This document shows, one piece after another, positions 1-12,452 of a DNA stretch of 64,000 nt; the first letter of the stretch is position 1, and each line of letters begins with the position of its first letter. The position numbers and the translations under genes were made by a program. This DNA comes from Azolla caroliniana (lineage: Eukaryota > Plantae > Polypodiophyta). The stretch covers positions 9,672,001-9,736,000 of the forward strand of contig JBHGNT010000020.1 of NCBI GenBank assembly GCA_043228905.1. The letters run 5' to 3'. The notes under the pieces are model-generated. The model was not told the DNA's origin, made no database searches, and was given only the letters and a program-made list of their open reading frames with translations.

Positions 1-380
1 TATCTTTTTCCTTCTATAAAATTTTCTTGGTTGTGAGGTATTTGTTTACATTGCTTGGATCTGAGCATTGTTTCAATCTCGTCAAACGATGTTGCTTTTG
101 TGTAATTGAGGTATTGTTTCTATCTTACGAATTTCACTAAATACATCCTCAATTGTCTCAAAGTAATTGTGGATTCGTCCCTGTAATATTGTCATATTTC
201 CAAGGATCTTCATTATTTATCACTAGATATTTGCCATTTCTCTTCTTTTGAACCAATGATATGTTTTCGTTGTACTTGTTGATTGAAACAAGAAACATTA
301 TAATATTGCTGCATGTGTATCTGAAACCCGTCTCTATTCTAATTTGCGTTCAGTTATTTTCCTATTTGATGTTTTTACAG

Positions 381-441
381 GCATGTTGTGCTGACTCCGG
401 AAATTACCAAGCTGCTTCCTAAGAATCGACTTCTCTCAGAG
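381..441 (+). CDS. CKS1: Cyclin-dependent kinase regulatory subunit CKS, internal exon
   Basis: ttttacag acceptor and gtttgt donor; translates HVVLTPEITKLLPKNRLLSE, matching plant CKS; first exon lies upstream of the window. Confidence 0.93.
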
Positions 442-1422
442 GTTTGTTGGCTTGATTCTAATAAACGTGTAACAAATGATTTTAAATATGGTAAATTTGT
501 ATATCTTTTAGGTTATATAAACCTTCTTTGAATGTCCTAGACTTTCTCTGAATTGTTTCTAACGTTTGATATGCATGGTAAATTTGTAAATATTGTATCC
601 CAGCTTTGTTATTAACGTCTTTCTATGAGTTAATGCTGGTTTACTTTTGATAGGTATAGAAAATGTGGATAACTTTACTAAGCTGGGTTTCTGATTTTCC
701 AAATATGCTTCTTAATGCTTGTTGATTTGTGTACCAAAATCATCTTCTTTGTTTAGGTTTCCTTGTTCTAAACATCTTTTTTCTGTGCTTCTCATGCAAA
801 GAAAGAATATTTATTATTTCTGATAAGCATTATGTATTTGTAGATTTTTTATAGCATATTCTTTTAATAAACTTCTTTCAAGTATTTGAACAAATGTTGG
901 TGTTGTTTCTGATAAACATGGAAAATTCTGTTGATATTGAATGTTAGGTTTCTGTGATGGAAACATATTTTGTAAGTGTCTTTCTTGACTTCATTTGTTG
1001 ATGCGTAAAGAATGAACATTGGCATGATCCAGAAGCATGCTAACTCTGTCAATAGCTTAGGCGTGATTTAAATAGCAGTCTTTATTGCATGCCATTTTAT
1101 TTGCTAGTCTATATTTTCTGCAATTGCAGATTACTTCAAATTTATGTAAATAACACCGGATATGGTATTGACAAAAATAGCAATTCTTGTGATTTCCTAG
1201 TCTCAATTTTCTTGTTTTCAAATCTCTATGCACTGCTCTTTATAAGTGTCATCAATTTGTAGATTTCTAAGCTTTCCCATAAATGTCTTTCATAACTGCT
1301 TCTGATGTATGTAAATGTCTTGTAATTTGGGTCTGGAGTTTATTAACATAGCATTTTTGTAGAACTTTTTGTCTCAACATCTTTGTATTAAATTGCCTTT
1401 CTTGACTTCTGGTCATATAAAG

Positions 1423-1605
1423 AATGAATGGCGGGCCCTTGGAGTTCAGCAATCTAGGGGTTGGGTACACTATGCTATCCACAAACCAGAACCTCATATT
1501 ATGCTCTTCAGGCGCCCTTTGAATTACCAGCAAAATCAACAAGCTATTGCAAACACTGCTCAACCTCAATCACAACCTTCTCAACAAGTGGGAATGAAAG
1601 CATGA
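1423..1605 (+). CDS. CKS1: CKS last coding exon
   Basis: AG acceptor at 1421-1422; [37 protein letters not shown]... then Q-rich tail and TGA; in phase with the previous exon. Confidence 0.95.
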   Translation, partial: NEWRALGVQQSRGWVHYAIHKPEPHIMLFRRPLNYQQNQQAIANTAQPQSQPSQQVGMKA

Positions 1606-1616
1606 TTGTGTCTAAG

Positions 1617-1714
1617 GTAAGTAAACCTTTTAGTCTGTATCAACATAAACAGAGCAAATAAGTTTCATTATTTCTTTCATTTGTTTGTCTAATATGACAC
1701 ATTTCATTTTGCAG
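1617..1714 (+). other. Putative 3' UTR intron of CKS
   Basis: Consensus donor AG|GTAAGT 11 nt after the stop; acceptor ttcattttgcag; 98 nt, AT-rich. Confidence 0.6.
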
Positions 1715-2941
1715 ATATTTTACTGTGTTCAAATGAAGTCAACGTAAACATTGGATGTAGATGTCTTGTCTGCAATTGGCATGCTGAATCTGGTGCCTCA
1801 CCTAAAGCTCAGTTGAATGATGTATGTGCTAACCGAAAAAGAACCCCACTAGCAAAGGAAATGGAATTGCAATTTTCCTTCTTTTGGTCATAACTCTAGC
1901 TAGCTATGTATGTCAGGCTGTGATCGTGTTTATGAACTCTACATATATGTTTAGTTCCATATTTTGGCAATCACTAAATCTATAAGGTTATATATGTTAT
2001 CCTTATATGTATTTGCCTAATCCTCTAGGATTTTGATTGACAATGTATTTGATAAGTTTTAGTCAATAGAAAATCTTTGCAGTTTTCTCTATTACCCAAA
2101 ATTGCTTTGGTCATCTGGATTCTGTTGAATGGAATTATATTACCAATTTGATGGGAGAAAATGAAAACCCATCTGTGTTTGGTAGTTCTTTTTAGAAATG
2201 AGCATTAATCTGCTTTATAGTTGTATTAAACTACTCGGTTGTGATGATAACTGTTTTATATTTATGCGTTATAGTTGTATCAGACTACTTGGTTGTGACT
2301 GCCAAATATATTTTCAATGGTATAATACCTAAAACGGTTTGTGTCATTTCAGTTGTAGTTCAGGTTATACTGATATTTTCTGTATCTTTCCATTAAATTT
2401 AAAAATTATCAGATTCCAGTTGACATCCTCTGTACATAAGCAGAGATGTTTTACTCCATTTGAATGTTGGAAATGGGTATTTAACAATCTGTATCTTTCT
2501 TTAAGGAGTAATTGAGGTGTCTGGATTTGCTTAGTGGCTCAATATGAAATAATCTTTACAGAATTTATTTATTTATTTGCATTATGATACAAATTAGTAG
2601 TTGTACCTTGAAATTTAGACAGCTAATACCAATGCTACCAATAATTCCTGATTATAAAATGTGAAAGATGAATGTTTTAATACTTATAGAATTAAAACAT
2701 GCTAATCTATATTTTTGTAATATAGTAACCCAAGTACAGTTTATGATCAACAAAGATTCTCTTGCATTGATTCCATATGGAGAGTTACAATTATTGGGAG
2801 ACCTGAGTAGTTACTTTTGAGACCTTACTCTTTTTCTTTGTACTCATCAGATATTTTTCTTCATTGGATATTTGTATTCAGATCCTTTCATCTCAAACAT
2901 GTGCCTAATTAGGGTCTTAGAGCTAGATCCTAATGTAAGCA

Positions 2942-3327
2942 TGTGATAAAGATATAATAGATAGATAGGAAAGAGCGGAGAGAGAAAGAAGGGTGCCGAT
3001 CCACCCAACCACCCTCGTGTGAAGGGATCGAGATGAACTTGAGCCTCAATTGATGTCCTATACCGTTGTCGTGGTATCGAGTCGTACTTCATACTGGCAC
3101 ACTCGCTTACATGAGTTTGATCACCACGAGGACAAAGTCTTAATGTAGTCGATCATCTCTCAAATGAGGGTAGCTAGGCCTCATATTTATAGCCAAACCT
3201 AAGGTCCCCAAGCAAATTCACACTTGGCCTTAATGGTTTGTCTTAATCCCAAGGATTAAAAGTAATCCTTCCCTTCTTTACCCTCACTTTATCCACGTAT
3301 AAAATACTATGATACAATCTTACCACA
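2942..3327 (-). mobile_element. Possible degenerate solo LTR between CKS and TRB
   Basis: Imperfect inverted ends TGTGATAAAGAT...ATCTTACCACA and internal tatttatag (minus-strand TATA); no TSD found. Confidence 0.3.
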
Positions 3328-4051
3328 GGATATTATATGGTCATGCTCATAACATAAAGGGGAGCACAATAGAATGCATTCATATACAAGTGATAACAAT
3401 GCATCTTACTGTAGGAAAGGTAGAATGGCTAAAATTTTCTTTGATAGGCAATTCAACCTGCTGACTGTTGTAGGGCTGTTCTCATTTGGAAAGCAACCTC
3501 TTGGATGAAATTCAAACCCCATTCATACATGTGCAATTGTAGTCATAATTTAAATAACACCAAACCTCGGGAGTATAAATGATGATGTGGTAGCACTGTT
3601 TTGAGACATACATATAGTGCTCATTCTACTTGGGCATCTCCATGCCAGTGATGACAATTAAACCAAAGCAAATATATAATGGTAACAAGAGAGAATTTAT
3701 AAAGGAATCATTTCTTTAACACATAGACAGCTTTAAACAAGGTGCTAGAAAAATGTTGAACATCATGCTTTTGAGCTCCCAAAAATATCATTAGTCTCAA
3801 CAATCAGATACTGTTCACAAATTAGGAGATTATATTCTCGTCTTACATGTCCGAGTAATATACCCTACTCTATATGCTAATTTTACAACGGGTCAATGGA
3901 AGGAGTTAAAAAGTAAAGTAAACCAGAACTGGAACAATATCTACGTCCACAGAAAGGCTATCTTTCAAACTGTCTTCAAGGATACCACAAACATCGCATT
4001 CTAGGTGTCAATCCTCTGACGTCACCTAAAGATATAAGAAACATGTTATAA

Positions 4052-4510
4052 CTAGTAAACAACTAGTGTACCTTTCTTGTGAGGACGAGAAAGGGCTGCG
4101 ACCTCTGCAGCAATTTCAGCAGCTTCAGCTTCAGCATCTGGAGCTCTTGCTTTCTTTGCAGCTTTTCCTGCGGCAGTTGCTGCAGCTTCTGCCTCTGCCA
4201 TAGCTAATGCGGCAGCTTTGGCTGCTTCCGCTGCTGATTTCAGCTTTGACCTCGCAAAATCCACGTCTAGCATGGCTTTTTCCATACCTTTCTCACCTCT
4301 CGTTTTTTTGCTACTAAGCTTAAAGGAAGGTCTTAGAGTCAAGTCCGAGATATCACAATCTTCTTGCCGTATATGTCTTCTGCCGTTACTAGGGGGAGGC
4401 TCTACAGCTTTGGCTTTCACAATTCGGCGTGTTCTCTTCCTAGTAACTTGAACCATCTGTTTATCATCATCTGACTCCTCTGGATCAGTCACTTTGTACC
4501 TATCCTTATC
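4052..4510 (-). CDS. TRB1: TRB exon 5 (coiled coil)
   Basis: tttgacag acceptor; DKDRYKV...[18 protein letters not shown]...; TAG at 4052-4054 (alternative splicing near the end is not excluded). Confidence 0.85.
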   Translation of the reverse strand, partial: DKDRYKVTDPEESDDDKQMVQVTRKRTRRIVKAKAVEPPPSNGRRHIRQEDCDISDLTLRPSFKLSSKKTRGEKGMEKAMLDVDFARSKLKSAAEAAKAAALAMAEAEAAATAAGKAAKKARAPDAEAEAAEIAAEVAALSRPHKKGTLVVY

Positions 4511-7500
4511 CTGTCAAAAAATGTGTACTAGAGGACATCAATTGCAAGTCTAGAACGACGCCTCAATAAAACATTAACAAATTATTATGTCATCTGAGAA
4601 GAAACAATGATGTGGAGGATCCAGGAAAAACCTTGATTAATCCACCCTGTTTAACCATTTCTTTAAGTTTCAATTTCAAGAGCTTTCTGAAATTCGCAGG
4701 CACAAGATGGTTAGCCTGCACAAAAAACATGCTACACCTATTACCAACCACGAATCATAGAGCTTGGATTTCAATCAAATTGCATGAATATCAGTTATAA
4801 CCTCAATAGAAGTTGCAATTTCAGGAATGGTTGAACCATTTGGATCATTCAGATCCATAATTGCATCGATAACCATGCTAGTACATCTGAAAACAGTGTA
4901 AAAGATATAATGTCAATAAAACTTCAGATCAATATACTTAAGGAAGAATTATTGGCATAACTTGCTAGCGGATGCCACTCAGAAGTTTGAAATGTTTCAG
5001 CAATGCCCGTGAAGAAACCAGTATCAATCAACGAAGACACCTCAACAAAAGGATATTGGTGTATTATAAGAGGACCTGTTCAGACAATGCATCATTTTAT
5101 CAGGAAATCCATCACTATTCAAGTCATGGATGTCACTAGTCACTGCAACTGATTCAGAGTTGATGTTGATTTAATCCATGGAAAAGAAGTTTGAATCCTA
5201 GCAAATTTTCTACTCAGTATGAGACATGATATAGCAATTCACAATTACACCTGGATCAGTAGCATGCCAATCTTTGGCATGAGTTTCCGCCAGCAAGCCT
5301 TTCATTACTCAAACAAATCCACACAGAAGGCTGGCAAACAAATTGTTGTCATTAGCTACATAGGAAGTCTGTTCTACAGAAAAGCAACAGTTTTTCAGTA
5401 GCTTGTATATGGGTATCTTGATAGAAAGATGATAATCTATGAATTGGGTAAGCCATCCTACTTCATAATAATCGTTGACAACTACAGTAGGATAATGTGG
5501 TTGTGTTTCCTGAATGCAAAGTTTGAGGTGTCTAGGAAATTTGTGACAGAGAAGAAACAAAATAAGTTTAGCACTAAACATGGCAATCAGCATCCTCAGC
5601 AGGAGCCTCCAATTTGCAATACAAAGAATAGCCCTGTTCCAGGTATAGTGACGGCTAGGTTCAATCTTCTCCAGCCATTTTCCACCATCAGGTTTTCCCT
5701 GTTTTGTTAATCGTCCTTGTGCATGCTCCAGTGTTGCCATCCTCACAGGAAATGGAGGAAATGAGAAGAGAGCATTCCAAAAACCGGAAATGGGAGGCAA
5801 TGCCAAGGAATCTTTTCAGATTGGCAGGTAAAGGATAAAGGAGACTTTTCGGAACTGAAAGTGAATTTCCAGAAATGAAGGCAAAGTTTCTGAAATAGAT
5901 AAAAGCTTAAGGAGAAGATTCTGAACTTAAAAGTAAATTTTTCAGAAATGAAAGGAGAAGTTTCTGAGTAGTTATTGGGCTAAAATTTAATGTTAGAAGA
6001 AAAATTCAATGTTAGACAGGAAATTTAATGTGATAAGGACGATTCTGGAAGCAGGTAGAAAGATAAGAGATTGAAGAGGATTTCCCTTCGAATTCTCCCT
6101 CTTTATATGTGTAAGCCAGATTACTCTAGATCATCATAATATTGCATTATGTCACCTTCTCTATAATTTACAAACATTTGGTTGCATGGTAAAATCTCTC
6201 TTGCAAAGATATACATTTGAATGCATGTGGGATTATGAGTTCTTTATTTAAGTATGGAAAGTGTTAAGATTCTTTAAACTAAAATGCCTTCTTCAAAGTT
6301 ATTCATGATCCCAACTATGCTCAAACTAATGTCACCCTCTTGATTGGTTGATTGATTATTCTCCCCTTGTTATCTCCAATTGATTCATTACTGTCCTTCT
6401 ATTCTCCTTTTTCTTATATTTGTGTGTTGTATAACACTAGATCACGCCTTGCACAATGTCACCTTCAAGATAGTTGGTTGGATGGCAAAATGCTCCACTT
6501 GCAAAGATCAACATTTAAAGGCGTGGGGATTGAAGTTCTTTACCAATGTATGAGAGCAATAAGATTCTTTAAAACCAAATATCTCCTCTAAAGTTGTTTA
6601 ACTACCTCGCAATTGATATGCCCATAGAATTTCCATGGATGAGGATACAAAAGCATCCATCCATATAAAACATTGGAATCACTACCGGTGAACCAGAACA
6701 TCAATATAAATATTCAATATTCATTATTGGTTTCTCTACTAGTAGACCGATATATTATTGCTGTGCAGATCAACATTTAATATGAGAATCCCTTTTGGGA
6801 GTAGCGGACAACTGAATGTACCTTGCTTCTAATGATTTAGGACTATCTGAGGAACCTCGAACTTCCCCTGAGAAGTGTTCATGGGGGATCACAGCTAGAG
6901 GAAGAGGGGATATTGCTTCATCTGCTCGTCTTGAAGCTTTGAGTTTTGAGGGTGATCTAAGCGACTTCTCCCTAGATATATATCCACAATCTCCAATATT
7001 CATATTCCTCCATTTGTCCTGTTCACAAAGAGAACACTACTTAGCGCACATCATATACCAAATTTCTAGCACAGTACAAAGACAATTTTATTTAAAAGTG
7101 TCACAGAAATCAGAAAACCGAGGGGATAGTATGTAAGTCAATAGTCATTGTCCATGGTTTTTTGATGATTTTTCTACCACTATATTGTTTCTGAGAAACG
7201 GTTGCCATTTCTTGATGATAAATGGTCAACTAGCTAAGAATAATTCCCGTTTTTGGAGTAACAATACATATCACAATTTCCAGAAAAGAGCTACTAGTTG
7301 CTGAATTCACAGCGAAATAGTCGTAGATTCTTGGTAAATAACTAGAAATTGGTCCTGTTTCTTGATGAACAATGCAAATTCTATCAGACAGTTTCTTTTC
7401 TTGATATACGGTAGCTTAATTTGCAGAGAAATAGTTCCTCGTTTCCTACAAAATAATGCAGAGAAATATTTCCACTTTTTTGGTGAAGCACTCAAAACAA

Positions 7501-7838
7501 TGAGAAATAGTCCCTGTTTCTTGTGATGAATTGGAAGAGAAAGCTTCCCCTTTCTTTGTATAACAATACAGACAAAAGTTTCTTAGATAAGAGGTGTTTA
7601 TACTAATTTTTAGGGACAGTTTTCCTATTGCTTGATCAGTAATGGCTTTTAAGAATGTAGAGACAGAGACAGAGACAGAGAAACTAACCTTCAAGTCAAC
7701 ATTGGATCGAGTTGCTAATAGAAACGTGAAATCTGGATCTTTCTGAATAGCACGCCATTTTCCGAGTCCATATTTCTTCACTCCTGCCCTCAACGCAGCT
7801 TCTTCTGCACTCGTCCATTTTTGCTTCGACGCCCCCAT
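4052..7838 (-). CDS. TRB1: Telomere repeat-binding factor (single-Myb-histone family: Myb telobox + H1/H5 globular domain + Ala-rich coiled coil), ~324 aa, 5 exons
   Basis: Exons 7838-7689, 7018-6822, 4886-4802, 4715-4632, 4510-4052, all GT-AG and in phase; motifs [28 protein letters not shown]|DKWRN, H1-like [17 protein letters not shown], coiled coil [18 protein letters not shown]; exact paralogue number not determinable. Confidence 0.92.
4632..4715 (-). CDS. TRB1: TRB exon 4 (H1-like domain, second half)
   Basis: tgtgcag acceptor; [28 protein letters not shown]; GT donor. Confidence 0.88.
4802..4886 (-). CDS. TRB1: TRB exon 3 (H1-like domain, first half)
   Basis: ttttcag acceptor; [28 protein letters not shown]; GT donor. 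Confidence 0.88.
5255..5545 (+). pseudogene. Degenerate Ty1/Copia integrase fragment in TRB intron 2
   Basis: [25 protein letters not shown] resembles the Copia integrase YFxTxVDDYSRxxWxxFLKxKSEV motif. Confidence 0.7.
6126..6600. repeat. Diverged ~170-bp direct duplication (6126-6305 vs 6437-6600)
   Basis: Shared blocks ctagatca, atgtcacctt, ttggttg, cttgcaaagat, gggatt, aagattctttaaa, aaagtt in the same order. Confidence 0.6.
6822..7018 (-). CDS. TRB1: TRB exon 2
   Basis: cag acceptor then DKWRNMN...SLEA, phase-2 donor gtacat. Confidence 0.88.
7689..7838 (-). CDS. TRB1: TRB exon 1 (Myb domain)
   Basis: ATG at 7838, 50 codons ending RSNVDLK, donor gttagt. Confidence 0.93.
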
Positions 7839-8519
7839 CAACCCAATCCTGTAGCGTTTTCTCTCTTGTCTAACCTAGCATTCGAAACACAGAAAAGTTC
7901 GCCTTCTCTAATTCGGAAATCTTTGGCTTCTCTAAGGACCTCTAAAGACTTCTCAGGAGCAGGAATTGCAAATTCAACTCTAAAACAGCAATTGTTCTTC
8001 TCCGATCCAGTATCTTTTGTCTTTTGTATTTAGCCTAAACCAGAGATTTGTTCGCTAATGCAAAAAAGCAGAAATCTCTTCTCTAAAGCATATATTTCTA
8101 CCTAATCTGATGCTGTGTTGGCTTCTCTACAGCAGATATAGTTTCTCTAATCCGAAGCAGCGATGGCTTCCCTGTAGCATCCAACAGTTCCAGCGGTCCA
8201 CTTCAGCGTTCTCGATATTTTATCATTCGAGAAAGGTCCCTAAGCACAGTGCAAAACAGAATCGCAGATCTGCTCGGAACACATACTACAGAAAAGAAAT
8301 AGATTTGACAAAGCATGGACAGAGACTAGTCACTAACCCTAACCTTGACGAAAAGAGGATGAGAGGAAAGATGCAAAAAGAGAGAACTCTTTGCCAAGTC
8401 AGAGAGCAACCCTAACCCTTCACGGAGGGTTGTATCTGTTAACCTCAATTCTAACCCTAGAACGAACTATGGACACTTCTGGCTGTTAATCTTAACCCTA
8501 AGCCTAGAACTATGTTTAG

Positions 8520-8528
8520 TTTATATAG
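8520..8528 (-). promoter_or_regulatory. TATA box of the TRB gene
   Basis: CTATATAAA on the minus strand ~690 bp upstream of the ATG, adjacent to the telomeric array. Confidence 0.6.
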
Positions 8529-8538
8529 CCTGCCTTAG

Positions 8539-8580
8539 CCCTAACCCTAACCCTAACCCTAACCCTAACCCTAACCCTAA
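8539..8580. repeat. Interstitial telomere-type array (CCCTAA)7
   Basis: Seven perfect CCCTAA (TTAGGG) hexamers. Confidence 0.95.
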
Positions 8581-8727
8581 CTTTGGGGATGGGGAAAGAA
8601 ATTCGGTCGATGCCCGCTAGGAAAGCTTCAAAGGCTTGCAAAAGGAAGATCTTGAGCCAGAGACAGAGAAGAAAAGGGGTTGAGGAGAGAAAAATAAAAG
8701 AAAACAAAAAAGAGACACAACCAACCA

Positions 8728-8761
8728 AAACCCTAAATTGTAACCCTAACCCTAACCCTAA
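8728..8761. promoter_or_regulatory. Telo-box AAACCCTAA plus (CCCTAA)3
   Basis: Motifs read directly at 8728-8736 and 8744-8761. Confidence 0.8.
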
Positions 8762-8855
8762 TTGGCGCTGTCAGATCTTTTTCAAACACGTGCGTATCGA
8801 TTTTGAATTTACAATAATCGAGTATAGCCCATCCAAAGCAAAAAAAAAAAAAACT

Positions 8856-9423
8856 CTTTTCCGGTAATTTTCTAAAATACCCCCTCATATTTTTTACGTA
8901 TTTATTAGATTACCCCCCCCCCCCCTCGTATTTTCCTGTATTTACCTAAATGGCCCCCTCGTGGTTTCTGGTCTCCTGCCTAAATACCCTCTTCTTTTTC
9001 TTTGTATTTTCCTCTAGTAGCCTCCCAGACTTTCCATAAACTGTCAAAATAGCCCCCTACTTTGATCTTATTTCATTTGAATACTGCTTGGCTTATACGA
9101 ATTTTGCTCGAATACCCCCTACCCTAAGACATCTTTCCATATTTACCCAAATACCCCTAGCCTTTTCATATTTTGCTTGAACACCCCCCCCCCCCCAAAT
9201 GGGCCCCCTTGGGACGTATTTTTGTATTTACCCAACAAGAATATCTCCCCTCCTATGTGCCCTCTCCAGTAGCATGGTGAAAAGACTATGATATAAACCC
9301 CCATCGAGCGAGGATTTTCCTTGTATGTAGAAACTGCCCATATATGATTGGTGAAACCTTATCCACATTCTTATTTTCAAGCGGGGTGGGGGGGGGGGTG
9401 AAATTTTGACAAACAGGAAAAGG
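8856..9423. mobile_element. Possible MITE/Mutator-like relic with repeated AAATA/GCCCC submotifs
   Basis: About ten aaatacccc/aatagcccc-type motifs; weak inverted ends cttttcc..aaaata.ccccc / ggggg.tgaaatttt..ggaaaag; no TSD. Confidence 0.3.
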
Positions 9424-11129
9424 TGTTCACATCATAATAAAAGGAGATGTGCGTTGTTTATCGGTATGAAGAGATAGCACTAGAGAAGGGGAGTATTTTC
9501 CTTTATTGCATCTTCAATGAAACTACATATGGAAACATTTCAACTGTTGCGACTACATTTCAAGCAGGAAAAGAAAACATTCTATGGTATAGTTAGGTTA
9601 ATAGAACTTCGTCTTCTTTGAAATCAGAGATGCAAACTTATATAGATGGGAGCATGTAGCCACTCAAAGAGAATATGGAAAAAGGTCCAAGTCAGTGTGG
9701 CCATGCTACACTATGTCGTTCTTATCCAGTCATATGTAAAGATTTTGTAAGTGTAATCAAACCGATAGGTATTCTTAGGTCTAACAATCACATAACTTCT
9801 CGCTCAGTGGTCGGAATAGAGTTTTGGAAATTCCAGCACAACCCTTGGTGCGAGTATTCGTATCGGAGTGTAGAGGTCTTCGAGATAGTAACTTGATGAG
9901 TCATTGTTCACCAAATTTTCTCCAAAATTGAGTCACTTCACGCGTGGGGCTCAGAATTACGATCCGAAAAGTCTGACATGATCCCAGTTCAATAAAGAGT
10001 AGTATTAGATAATAGATTGTGGATATTAATTTTATATGAATATAAAAAATGCTGAATACAAAAAATGTTTAATTTGAATCATATACAATGAGATTATCTT
10101 GACTCTTTTTACATGGTGTGGCTTGAAAGGTGGATGGATAAAGAGATCGAGATATAAGGTTTGTTGGTAGAGCTTCAAATGGATATCCTCAAGTTTCTGT
10201 TCATAGGACCAACAAGATGTTTCGATGCCTTTTTTCATTGGTGATCTTAAATACTCTCTTGATTCGCTTCCTCGAGCCCATTTGGAATTCCAGCAACACT
10301 CCACCTTGATCCAAAATCCGATCCCTTTGCATTGAGCTCTCCTCTACCTTTTATAGGTCTTAAGAGCACCTCATGCAAATAAAAGTAACTATTCTCCTTT
10401 TGGCATGCACCTCACTTTTTCACCTTGCCTTGTCGTGATGTCGGTTGTGCATAGGAGGATTTTAGTTTATTATTATTTAGGAAAGAAAAAGCATGGTGTG
10501 CGAAAATAAAAAAGCACATACTTTTATTTGGGAAGAAAGCCTCTTTTATTCTATAAAAGGGTGAAGAGAACGCATACCAGAAGGGGGGGAGAAAGAGATA
10601 GATGTGGAAGCTCTGCTGAATTGAGAAGTGAGGGTAGCGAATCAATAGGGCGTGTAAGACCAATACCGACAAGAGGCGACGTGGTCGTGATTGTTGGGAG
10701 GTTACACCGAAAGTCGATGACTTCCCCCAAAAGTTTCACCCAAGAACTTATCTTTTCTAATTATTCTTCACGTCTTGATATTCATCATCATCTTCTTCTC
10801 TAGCTTAAGTTGCCATTTTAGGGTTTTATTGATATCTTTTTCATGGAATTTAAGGCTCTTAGGACACAATTTAATTTCCGAAAAATTATCAACGTTGTAA
10901 TAAAAAACTCCAAAAATCTATTTTATAAAGGGAACTTCTTTCATAATCCAACGTTTTTAGTCTATAAAAAGGACCATCTAGAGTTAGTATTGGAAAATCC
11001 ACTCATGATCTTAGGTTCTTTGGGTTAATGACATGTTACTCTCGACATAACTCATTGTTCAAATTGCTACGACGTTCAACTCTGTAGAGCCTTCAACTTG
11101 AAGAGTTTCAACTATGACCTACCTTTTGT

Positions 11130-11640
11130 TGGACTAAAAGTCCTCTCCACCCATTTGTCTCTTTAGTGTGAACACTCCCCTTGGAGTTAGGGCTTAGTTG
11201 CCCTATATATAAATAAAAGGAATTAAGCCTTGTAACATAGTTTGGTGAGATTTGAAATAATACAATCTCTCTTGTGCTTAAACTATGTAACTGTCTTTCT
11301 CTCATTCTTTGTGTATACCTTGATTGAGATTGAAAAGTACATCATCTATTCTACTTGCTTCATGTTTGCCTAGTTCCACTAACAAGATCCATATACACAT
11401 TCCACATAAATCAACCAAGACACCATTCAATGCCATCAAGTGGTATCAGAGTAGATCTTGGAATTGAGCAACATCAATACAAGAAGAAGACGCTTGAAGG
11501 AAAGGACCAGGCCTGCAAACACCACAAGAAGAACTATGTCTTTTCAACACAGGTTGTGAAATTAGAAAGTTCGATGGCAAAAAAATTTCCCTTTGGAAGG
11601 AAATGATGTAGGACGTGTTGATCATCAAACGCCAATTTGA
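11130..11640 (+). mobile_element. Old Copia relic: LTR remnant, PBS-Met, gag N-terminus
   Basis: ctatatataaata TATA; TGGTATCAGAG at 11441; frameshifted VKLE.FDGK.F.LWKEMM*DVLII; left boundary approximate. Confidence 0.7.
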
Positions 11641-11902
11641 GAATCAAACTCAACTTACTCTAGGGTGTAAACACACCTTAAAACCATGTAAGTGTGTGAA
11701 CACACCACCAATATGTAACAATAACTACATAGTTATTGAGCTAGTTAGGTTTCCCCCTTCCGAGAGGTCATTTTAGTGAGAGAATGTAGAGTGAGGGTGA
11801 CCTTATAAACACCATCCTCTCTCCCTTTTTAACTATTGGTTGTCATTCTTATTCTTGTGAATATACAATTTACATTATTCTATTTTCCGACATGGGTCTC
11901 TC

Positions 11903-11904
<2 letters not shown>

Positions 11905-11940
<36 letters not shown>
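11905..11940. repeat. (CA)18 microsatellite
   Basis: Read directly. Confidence 0.95.
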
Positions 11941-11943
<3 letters not shown>

Positions 11944-12452
11944 TATTCTATTTCCCCACAACATAATCAAACACTTCATTATTGAAAAGGTTGCATACGG
12001 GAAGCTTGTACACAAGACACAATCGACTTAGTTGAGGACAGTTAGGTATACACACAGAGGGAGAGAGGGAGAGGGAGAGGGAGAGTCAGACAACAAAACT
12101 ATATTAAAAGATAACAACCCTTCTGTACATACAATTGTGATCAGTGAGCACTTTTATATTGTAAATGTTAACGTGCGGAAGTGTTAGACAGAACCGGCTC
12201 AGCCGGATAGCAACAGAGAATAAGATGAAGGTTTAATGGAGAAGCTTAATACACAGAGAATACGCGTGGGGGAGAGATAGAGGCGCAGAACATAAACTCA
12301 ATTCAAAATAACACTCTGCAAATTCTATAAATACAATGTGCTAAACAACACTATTTATACAAGTCCATAAAGGACTGACAGAAGTATTGACAGGTACTTC
12401 AATATTCCTACGTGCGACTGACACTAACTACGAGACAATGATTACCTATTAG

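Noticed and set aside
4026-4071. Extra terminal intron in TRB
   Set aside because: Donor and acceptor-like sites would give a ~46-nt intron, implausibly short
8516-8867. ORFs with VRVRVR / NPNPN repeats
   Set aside because: Translations of the telomeric hexamer in promoter DNA
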